Of a stretch of DNA of 59,944 nucleotides, positions 45,269-52,669 are shown in pieces. The position numbers and the translations under genes are program-made. The DNA comes from a virus (taxonomy: Duplodnaviria > Caudoviricetes): the IMG/VR virus record IMGVR_UViG_3300043661_000028, positions 1 through 59,944 of that record; one strand, written 5' to 3'. A model generated the notes under the pieces. The model was not told the origin of the DNA. It did no database searches and saw nothing but the letters and a program-made list of their open reading frames with translations. Position 1 is the stretch's first letter. Every line of letters begins with the position of its first letter.

Positions 45269-45841
45269 ATGCATGCCAGCGTCATGGACTGGGTACCCAA
45301 GACGCTGACAGCCGATGAGGTCACAGGCAAGCGGGTAGTTGAAGCCGGCTCGTACGATGTCAACGGCTCCGCCCGGCCCTACATCGAGTCGCTGGACCCG
45401 GCGTCATACACGGGTATCGACATGCAGCCAGGGCCGCGGGTTGACATGGTGATGGACGCAGCAGACATGCCCGGCCAGATCGGCGAGAATTGCGCGGACA
45501 TAGCGGCTTCCTTTGAGATGCTCGAGCACGCGCAGGACTGGCAGGCGGCGACGGCCGGGATGATCCGCGCCCTGGCCCCCGGCGGCCTCCTCGTCCTGAC
45601 CACCCGCTCCGAAGGATTCCCGTACCACGGCTACCCGGATGACCACTGGCGGTTCTCCGTCGAGGCCATGGGGCAGATCATGGACGCCGCCGGGCTGGAC
45701 GTCCTGGACCTGCTGGCCGACCCGGACCCGATGTCACCCGGGGTGTTCGTCAAGGCCCGCAAGCCGGACGACTGGACGCAGCCCCGCTCGATGCGGAAGG
45801 CGTGGGCGGACATCGCCGGGGTCACGGTGATGACCGGGTGA
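45269..45841 (+). CDS. Class I SAM-dependent methyltransferase
   Basis: VVEAGSYDVNG, GIDM, EMLEH, LAPGGLLVLT, YHGYPDDHWRF. Confidence 0.85.
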   Translation: MHASVMDWVPKTLTADEVTGKRVVEAGSYDVNGSARPYIESLDPASYTGIDMQPGPRVDMVMDAADMPGQIGENCADIAASFEMLEHAQDWQAATAGMIRALAPGGLLVLTTRSEGFPYHGYPDDHWRFSVEAMGQIMDAAGLDVLDLLADPDPMSPGVFVKARKPDDWTQPRSMRKAWADIAGVTVMTG

Positions 45842-46878
45842 GATGGCTGCTCATCCACCCCGGGCCGTCCTGGTCAGTCGCCGACGTATTCAACGGCTGG
45901 TCCGAAGCCCTCACCGGCCTCGGCGAGCAAGTCGAGGAATACCCCCTCGACGCGGCACTGCGGTTCTTCAACTCGGCGCTCACCGAGACCGGTGAGCTCC
46001 TGCCGTGCGGCTGCCCGGGGGTGCGGAAGTTCCTGGACCGCGAGCAGGCCATCCAGCTCGCCATCGACCCGGTACTCGGTGCAGCCAGCCGGTGGTGGCC
46101 AGACGTGATCCTGTGCACATCCGCGTTCTTCATCCCCCCGTGGCTGCTAGAGATCCTCCGCCACCACAAGCACAAGATCATCATGCTGATGACCGAATCA
46201 CCGTACCAGGACGACTTCCAGCTCAAAATGGCACAGTACGCGGACCTGACCCTGCTCAACGACCCGGTCAACCTCGCCGCCTACCGGCAGATCGGCCCCG
46301 CCGAATACATGCCCCAGGCGTACCGGGAGAAGATCCACTACCCGGCCGCGCCAGGCACCGGCCGCGAATACGACCTGGCGTTCATCGGCACCGGGTTCCC
46401 CTCCCGCATCAGGTTCTTCTCGGCGATGGACCTGGCCGGGCTGAACGTCCGCCTGTCCGGCCTGTGGATGGACCTGCCGGAGGACTCCCCGCTGCGCGAC
46501 TGGACGGCCACTGACGCCGACGACTGCGTCGACAACGCCGAGACCGCGCAGATCTACCGGCGCTCACGGTGCGGCATCAACTTCTACCGGCGCGAGGCTG
46601 AGGCGGCGCACGAGGGGGAAGGCACCGCCTGCGGGCCCCGCGAGATCGAGATGGCCGCCACGGGATTGTGGTTCGCCCGGGACCCCCGGCCCGAGTCCGA
46701 CGAGCTGTTCCCGATGCTGCCCTCGTTCAGCAGCCCGGAAGAGGCGTCGGACCTCATCCGCTGGGCACTCGCCCACCCCGAAGCCCGCGCCGCGGAGGCA
46801 GCCGGAGCCCGCGCCGCGGTCGCGGACCGGACGTTCGAGGCAAACGCGAAGCGGCTACTCCAGCTTCTCCAGCGCTAG
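45838..46878 (+). CDS. Glycosyltransferase (GT-B, CgeB-like)
   Basis: YDLAFIGT...R; IYRRSRCGINFY...PREIEMAATG. Confidence 0.8.
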   Translation: MRWLLIHPGPSWSVADVFNGWSEALTGLGEQVEEYPLDAALRFFNSALTETGELLPCGCPGVRKFLDREQAIQLAIDPVLGAASRWWPDVILCTSAFFIPPWLLEILRHHKHKIIMLMTESPYQDDFQLKMAQYADLTLLNDPVNLAAYRQIGPAEYMPQAYREKIHYPAAPGTGREYDLAFIGTGFPSRIRFFSAMDLAGLNVRLSGLWMDLPEDSPLRDWTATDADDCVDNAETAQIYRRSRCGINFYRREAEAAHEGEGTACGPREIEMAATGLWFARDPRPESDELFPMLPSFSSPEEASDLIRWALAHPEARAAEAAGARAAVADRTFEANAKRLLQLLQR

Positions 46879-47154
46879 CTCCGCAGCCCGCCCGAACCTG
46901 ATCCAGCCTCCCGGGTCAGTGACGTAAATCCGCGCTGGCTGCCGGTCCTCGCCGCAATTAGGGCAGGTCCCGTCGAACGGGAACCTGCCGTCGTGCCAGA
47001 CCAGCACATCGGCGCCGCCGTCGGGGTCGGCGAAGATCACCGCCTTGCCCACGTAGCCGCCCATCTGCGGCCACCACAGGGCGACGCCCCGTCGGCCATC
47101 GATCTCCACGACCTCCCCGGCCGAGCACTGCTCAGCCGACGGCGGATTCATCAT
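46855..47154 (-). CDS. Inserted hypothetical gene (moron-like)
   Basis: LWWPQMGGYVGKAV...DVLVWHDGRFPF; TACGCT 7 nt upstream. Confidence 0.6.
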   Translation of the reverse strand: MMNPPSAEQCSAGEVVEIDGRRGVALWWPQMGGYVGKAVIFADPDGGADVLVWHDGRFPFDGTCPNCGEDRQPARIYVTDPGGWIRFGRAAELALEKLE

Positions 47155-47235
47155 GCCTCCCAGCGTAAAGCCCGCGCCCGAAAACTGCTCCGGCTGCTCA
47201 GCCGGCAGCCCGTCACGATGTAGGGAGAAACACCG

Positions 47236-47664
47236 ATGCCATCACAGCGGCGGCACGGCCGGAACGCCCAAATCTACCTCGGCCTGACCAGCGGCACCGT
47301 CGCGACGCCGCTGCCGTTCCAGGCGTCCTGGACCCTGAACAGGGTCAGCGACAAATCCGAGGTCACGGCATTCGGAGACGCCAACAAGACATACGTGGGC
47401 GGGCTGCCTGATGCCTCCGGCGACTTCGGCGGCTTCATGGACGCCGGCACATCCCAGACCTACATAGCCGCCTCGGACGGGCTCCCGCGCAACTTCTATT
47501 TGTACTGGGACGCGGTAAACGATCCTTCGTCGTACTGGTACGGCACCATTCTTCCCGATTTCAGCGCCGATGGTGCAGTTGCGGGGCCTGTTAACTTTAA
47601 AAGTACCTGGAACGCAGCCGGGCCGGTGCAACGTTACACGGCCTGGGGCGGGATGGGGACCTGA
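47236..47664 (+). CDS. Major tail protein
   Basis: RHGRNAQIY...EVTAFGDANKTYVGGLPD. Confidence 0.8.
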   Translation: MPSQRRHGRNAQIYLGLTSGTVATPLPFQASWTLNRVSDKSEVTAFGDANKTYVGGLPDASGDFGGFMDAGTSQTYIAASDGLPRNFYLYWDAVNDPSSYWYGTILPDFSADGAVAGPVNFKSTWNAAGPVQRYTAWGGMGT

Positions 47665-47667
47665 CCT

Positions 47668-48134
47668 GTGAAGATCGTCATCAACGGTGAGTCGTTCGAC
47701 TACGACAGCGAACGGCGGCCGATGTCGGAGGCCCTCGCGATCGAGGATGCCTACAAGCGCCGGTACGTCGAATGGCAGGCGGATCTCATCGCCGGGTCCG
47801 CCCGGGCGATGTGCGTGCTCGTGTGGCTCATCTGGCGGCGCGACGGCCGCGACGTACCGTACGAGCACATCATCGACGGCACCGTCGACCTCGACGTGGA
47901 GGAGCTGATGCAGTCGATAGTCGAGTCCTCGCAAGCTGCCGCGGAGGCCGCCCCGGACCCTACGACCCCCGGTGCCACCCCGGACCCGGATGGCACACCT
48001 GGGACCGTAACCGCTACCTCGGGGGCTTCGCCCAGTACCTCCACATCCGCCCGTGGGAAATCGAAAAGCTGAGCGTCGATGATTTCGAGACCCTCATCGA
48101 CTATCTAGAGGAAAGCGCCGGCGGGGACGGCTAA
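47668..48134 (+). CDS. Tail assembly chaperones G (47668..48072) and GT via a predicted -1 frameshift (ends 48134)
   Basis: -1 frame reads RNRYLGGFAQYLHIRPWEIEKLSVDDF; between major tail and tape measure genes. Confidence 0.7.
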
Positions 48135-48308
48135 CCGGGCGGCGCGGCGCTCAGCGATTGCCTGGCAGGCCACCTCGGCGAGCCACACGAGCAGGCGGAG
48201 GGCGTACCAGGCGGCCATGACGGGCAGTACGAACCACACGCACAGCAGCCACCCGAGCGGCCCCATGGAGACCCACCACCGGCCGCTAGATGACACCCCG
48301 GCCCTCAT
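48105..48308 (-). CDS. Small membrane protein
   Basis: Trp-rich hydrophobic; ATGA overlap. Confidence 0.55.
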   Translation of the reverse strand: MRAGVSSSGRWWVSMGPLGWLLCVWFVLPVMAAWYALRLLVWLAEVACQAIAERRAARLAVPAGAFL

Positions 48309-48535
48309 AGCCCCTCCTGGGCTTCTCGTTGTATCTGGAGGCGGCGCCGTTCGCGCTGGACCTGCATGTCGCGGGTGGGCGGGGTGAGCGCGATGATGGC
48401 GGCGCCGATCCAGCCGAGGAACAGGCCGAGGAGGAACCCGGTTCCGGGCCGGCCTTTGCGCCGGCCGATGAGGGTGGCGGCGACGATGCCGCCCAGTGCC
48501 CAGATGAGCAGGATCAGGGCGGCGGCGGGGGTCAT
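48305..48535 (-). CDS. Small membrane protein (GRRKGR..GFLLGLFLGWIG)
   Basis: Two TM segments. Confidence 0.65.
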   Translation of the reverse strand: MTPAAALILLIWALGGIVAATLIGRRKGRPGTGFLLGLFLGWIGAAIIALTPPTRDMQVQRERRRLQIQREAQEGL

Positions 48536-48699
48536 GGCTTCTCTTCCTGTTCTTTCTCCATTATCGCGATTGCCGCGTTGATGGCGGCGACGGCGATCTG
48601 GTTCATGGGCGTGTGCGCCTCGAAGGCGAGGCGGCGCAGCTTTTCGTGCACCGGCCTGGGTAGCCGGATGGTCAGCGCCTGCGTGTCATCTTCTGTCAT
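48532..48699 (-). CDS. Arc-like ribbon-helix-helix protein (55 aa, not in the ORF track)
   Basis: MTEDDTQALTIRLPRPVHEKLRRLAFEAHTPMNQIAVAAI. Confidence 0.7.
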   Translation of the reverse strand: MTEDDTQALTIRLPRPVHEKLRRLAFEAHTPMNQIAVAAINAAIAIMEKEQEEKP

Positions 48700-48735
48700 G
48701 CCATCACGCTACCGCGCTACCGGAGGTGTCCCGCG

Positions 48736-49155
48736 ATGCCCGGCACTGAGCAGGCGATCCTGGCCGACCGGCTCCGCAGGGCCGCGCAGCCCATCGCCGA
48801 CGACGCCCGCCTCCGCTCCGCCCGCTGGTCGGTCCGCGTCCCCCTGTCCGTCCGCCTCCAGGGCGGCGCGTCCCGCATCACCATCGCCGCCGGGGGCACC
48901 CGCGCCCCCCAGGCCAAGACGATGGAAGGCAACCCGGACGGCACGCCCTGCGCCCACCCCGTCTACGGTCACGGCCCCCGCATCCGCGGCCCCCTGATCG
49001 GCGACCACCATGACCCGCCCGGCTGGACCTGGGTCAAGCAGCCCCCGCGCCCGTTCCTGGCCGAGGCCGTCGACGCGAAGCAAGACGAGATGACGGAGAT
49101 CTTCGCCGGGATTATCGATGACTGGTGTTTGCAGATGGGGTACCGCGAACGCTGA
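48736..49155 (+). CDS. HK97 gp10-like tail completion protein
   Basis: LRRAAQPIADDAR...HPVYG...WVKQPPRPFL. Confidence 0.7.
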   Translation: MPGTEQAILADRLRRAAQPIADDARLRSARWSVRVPLSVRLQGGASRITIAAGGTRAPQAKTMEGNPDGTPCAHPVYGHGPRIRGPLIGDHHDPPGWTWVKQPPRPFLAEAVDAKQDEMTEIFAGIIDDWCLQMGYRER

Positions 49156-49207
49156 ACAGCTGACCTTGTTCTAAGCGACGAATGACTTGATCGGAGGCCC
49201 AGCATTG

Positions 49208-52138
49208 GTGCTGGTCAAGTCAGTAGAAGTCGATCTCTCCGTGAAGGGCGACGCCGACGCCAAGGCCAGGATCGATGACGTCGACAAACGCGCGGAGGCC
49301 CTGAAAAAGGCGTTCCCCACCTACAAGCTGAAGATCGAATCGGCGGCGGCGTCGGAGAAGCTGAAGGTATTCCGGGCGGAGCTCGCCGACGCGACTAAGA
49401 CGCGTACCGAGAACATCAAGGTTAAGGTCGACGACTCCGCGCTGGCCAAGTTCGCGAAGTCGGCGCAGGGCGCGGGCGGCCCGTCGTGGCTGGGTCCCGC
49501 GCTGGCGCTCACCCCCGCCGTCGGCACGCTAGGCGCAGTGACCGCAGGAGCGGCCGTCGGCATAGCCGGCGCGTTCACCGCCGCGGCGGGTGCCGTGGCC
49601 TCGTTCGGCGCCGTCGCCAAGCCCGTCCTGACCGACGCCAGAACAGCGGCCACGGCAGTTGAGACGGCACAGAACGCGGACGCCGCCGCGGTCGCGAAGG
49701 TCACCGCCCAGTACGCCTACGCCATGTCGGTCGCGAAGACGAAGGCGCAGCGGCAGGCCGCGTACGCGGCGGAGCAGAAAGGCTTCAGCAGCGCCGAGCT
49801 CGCCCAGGCCGCAGCCATCAGCAAGGCGTACGCGAACCTGTCCCCCGCGCAGATCGCCCTGTCCAAGCAGCTCGGGGCGATGGCGGACGCCTGGGATGCG
49901 GTGAAGGCCGCCGAGACCCCGGTGGTTGCCGGGGCGCTGCAGCCGTGGCTGAAGTCCGTCACGGCCCTGACGAAGAACCTCGCGCCGGTCATCGCCGCGG
50001 TCTCCCCCGTCATCGCCTACCTCGGCGTCCAGTTCGACGCCCTGGTCAACTCGGCCGCGTTCAAGGGATTCCGGGACTTCATCGCGGGCACCGGCACGGC
50101 CGCTGTCTCCGCGGGGGGCAGCACGATCATCGACCTGGTCAAGTCGTTCATGATCCTGCTACCCCAGTTCGACCCGCTGATCCGCGAGGCAGTCGGCTGG
50201 ATCGCGGCCCTGGGACCCGCCGTGCTCAAATGGTCGAGCAGCAAGAAAGCCGCCGGCGACATCCAGGGTTTCATCCAGTTCTTCAGCAGGAACGGCCCCG
50301 CCGCCGGGGAGTTCCTGAGGAACGTCGGCGGCGCGCTGAAGGCCCTCGCGCCGGGCCTGACCTCGGGCGGCGCGGCCGAGCTGAGGGTCCTGTCTGATTT
50401 CTTCGGGTTCATCGCGAAGCTGCCGCCGGCTATCGCGAAGCCGCTGGCAGAGGTGGCCGGGGCGCTGCTGATCATGAACAAGCTCGGCGTGTTCTCCGTC
50501 GGGATCAAGCTGATCGGCCTGGGCGGAGCTGGCGCGGCCGAGGGCGGCGCGGCCGAGGACGCCGCAGGCGCCGCGGGGTTGTGGTCCAGGCTCCTGCCGG
50601 GCGTGCGGCTGGCCGGCGGGGTGCTGATCGCCGACGTGATCATTTCCACGGTCCTGAAGACCGTCGGCGGGGGCCCGGGCAAGCCGAACCCGTTCGACAA
50701 CCCGTTCGGCGGCGCGAACCCCGCCAACCCGGTGAAGGGCGCGAAGCCGAACGCGCTGTCCTCGTGGGACCAGCTCGGGGCTGATATCGCGAACATCTGG
50801 AACAGCACCTGGAACAACACGATCACCCGGACGGCGAAAGGCTTCCACGACCTCGCGGGATGGTTCGACACCGGCCGCCACGACGTCGCGGCGACCTGGG
50901 ACGCCCTGGGGCACTACCTGGTCAGCTCGTTCGACGTCACCCGGCACCAGGTCGCCGGCACCGCCGCAGGCCTGGGTCACGACGTCGCCGGCAGTTTCGA
51001 CACGACCCGCCACCAGGTCTCCTCCGCCTGGGATACGACCTGGAACAACACGGTCGCCCGGGCGCAGCGCGGCTTCCACGACACGGCCGGGGTATTCGAC
51101 CAGCTGCGGCACGGCGTCGCCACCGAACTGGATCAGGTCCGGGCCGGGGCGGCCCTGGCATGGAACCAGCTCTGGGCCAGCACGGTGTCCAGGGTCAGCA
51201 ACGGCGTCAGCACCGTGGTGTCCTGGTTCCGGGGGCTGCCCGGCAAGATCGGCGGCGCGCTGGGGAACGCGGGCGCGACGCTGCGCGGCTGGGGCGCCGC
51301 CGTGATCAGCGGGCTGCTGTCCGGGATGACCAGCGTGATCGGCTCGGTGTGGAACTTCATCAAGGGGATCCCTGGCAGGATCCTGTCATTCCTCGGCATC
51401 AAGTCCCCGCCGCAGTGGGCCATCGACGCGGGCAAGCACATCATGAACGGCCTGGGCATCGGCATGAACCAGGCCCAGGCGGCGCTGATCAAGAACACCA
51501 AGGCGGCGGCGGCGGCTGCCGCCGGCGCGGTCAGCTCCGGGACGACCGCCGGGCACATGTCCGCGGCGGCGATCGCCGCCCTGTGGACGTCGCTGGGCGG
51601 CCCGGCCTACGCTGCCGCGAACATGGCGCGGATCGCCTACGCGGAATCCGGTGACAACCCGTCGATCGTGCAGGCCGGCCAGCCGCCCGGCCTGACCGGC
51701 TACGGCCTGTACCAGATCACCCCCACCTCCGGGATCTGGCAGAACGGCGCGTTCGGGAACCTGCTCAACGCGGCCAACAACACCCGTGCCGCGATCTCCC
51801 TGTTCAGGGGATCGGGATACGGCCCCTGGACATCGGACCCGGTCGGCTCGTCCCTGGTCGCCGGGGGCCTGGGCTACGCGTCCGGCACGGCCAGCGCGCG
51901 GCCCGGGTGGGCGTGGGTCGGCGAGCGGGGCCCGGAGATGGTCCGGTTCCGGGGCGGCGAGCAGGTCATCCCCGCCCGCGCCATCGCCGGCTCCGGCGGC
52001 CGGGGCGGCGCGCTCGTCCAGCTCGAGGTCACCGGCAGCGGACACGGCACATTCGACGCGTTCCTGCTCAAGTGGATCCAGGAGCATGTCCGGGTCAAGG
52101 GCGGCGGCAACGTCCAGCACGCGTTCGGGCGCCGGTGA
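49208..52138 (+). CDS. Tape measure protein with C-terminal transglycosylase-like domain
   Basis: Ala/Gly-rich with W/F repeats; LGIKSPP; IAYAESG...GYGLYQI; YASGT...WVGERGPE. Confidence 0.9.
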   Translation: MLVKSVEVDLSVKGDADAKARIDDVDKRAEALKKAFPTYKLKIESAAASEKLKVFRAELADATKTRTENIKVKVDDSALAKFAKSAQGAGGPSWLGPALALTPAVGTLGAVTAGAAVGIAGAFTAAAGAVASFGAVAKPVLTDARTAATAVETAQNADAAAVAKVTAQYAYAMSVAKTKAQRQAAYAAEQKGFSSAELAQAAAISKAYANLSPAQIALSKQLGAMADAWDAVKAAETPVVAGALQPWLKSVTALTKNLAPVIAAVSPVIAYLGVQFDALVNSAAFKGFRDFIAGTGTAAVSAGGSTIIDLVKSFMILLPQFDPLIREAVGWIAALGPAVLKWSSSKKAAGDIQGFIQFFSRNGPAAGEFLRNVGGALKALAPGLTSGGAAELRVLSDFFGFIAKLPPAIAKPLAEVAGALLIMNKLGVFSVGIKLIGLGGAGAAEGGAAEDAAGAAGLWSRLLPGVRLAGGVLIADVIISTVLKTVGGGPGKPNPFDNPFGGANPANPVKGAKPNALSSWDQLGADIANIWNSTWNNTITRTAKGFHDLAGWFDTGRHDVAATWDALGHYLVSSFDVTRHQVAGTAAGLGHDVAGSFDTTRHQVSSAWDTTWNNTVARAQRGFHDTAGVFDQLRHGVATELDQVRAGAALAWNQLWASTVSRVSNGVSTVVSWFRGLPGKIGGALGNAGATLRGWGAAVISGLLSGMTSVIGSVWNFIKGIPGRILSFLGIKSPPQWAIDAGKHIMNGLGIGMNQAQAALIKNTKAAAAAAAGAVSSGTTAGHMSAAAIAALWTSLGGPAYAAANMARIAYAESGDNPSIVQAGQPPGLTGYGLYQITPTSGIWQNGAFGNLLNAANNTRAAISLFRGSGYGPWTSDPVGSSLVAGGLGYASGTASARPGWAWVGERGPEMVRFRGGEQVIPARAIAGSGGRGGALVQLEVTGSGHGTFDAFLLKWIQEHVRVKGGGNVQHAFGRR

Positions 52139-52146
52139 GCTAGTGG

Positions 52147-52632
52147 CTACTTTCCCCGGGACCGGTCGTACTTCAGATGACAGCTAACGCATCTCGGAAC
52201 GTAATCCGACAGAGCCGCCCCGCTGGTGCCATGGACCTGTGACCACTGTTGCGCCTGGCCGCCGCATGTCACGCACCGGTAGTTCCTTGCAGGCCCCTGG
52301 CGGCGGACTACCTTCTTGTGGTTGCCGGAATAGCCCGGCGGGTTCCCGGTATGTTTCCCGCAATTACATCCAGGCTCGCAGACCGGATAGTCATGACGGC
52401 CGCAGGTGCAGCCCGCCGGGCAAATCCGGCCGGTCCGGGCGTGACGGCCGCAGGTGCAGCCCGCCGGGCAGGGCTTGTAGGTCACGGAATGCCGCTTGCA
52501 GGTACAGCCTTCCGGGCAGGGGTTTCCTGTCTTGGAATGCTTTTTGCAGGTACAGCCTTCCGGGCAGGCGGGGTGAGCCCTGAAATGCCTTTCGCAGGTA
52601 CAGCCTTCCGGGCACTTAAGACTCATATACAT
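52147..52632 (-). CDS. HNH-like nuclease with six CxxGCxCxxH repeats
   Basis: CPEGCTCERH etc.; C-terminal CVTCG...CVSCHLKYD. Confidence 0.7.
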   Translation of the reverse strand: MYMSLKCPEGCTCERHFRAHPACPEGCTCKKHSKTGNPCPEGCTCKRHSVTYKPCPAGCTCGRHARTGRICPAGCTCGRHDYPVCEPGCNCGKHTGNPPGYSGNHKKVVRRQGPARNYRCVTCGGQAQQWSQVHGTSGAALSDYVPRCVSCHLKYDRSRGK

Positions 52633-52669
52633 ACCCTATAACGTCCTGAGAAGGGGGGTGATGCTTTAA

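Noticed and set aside
48053-48072. GGGAAAT as the tail chaperone slippery site
   Set aside because: Not in the X XXY YYZ register of the G frame, and it lies after the conserved part of the T frame begins
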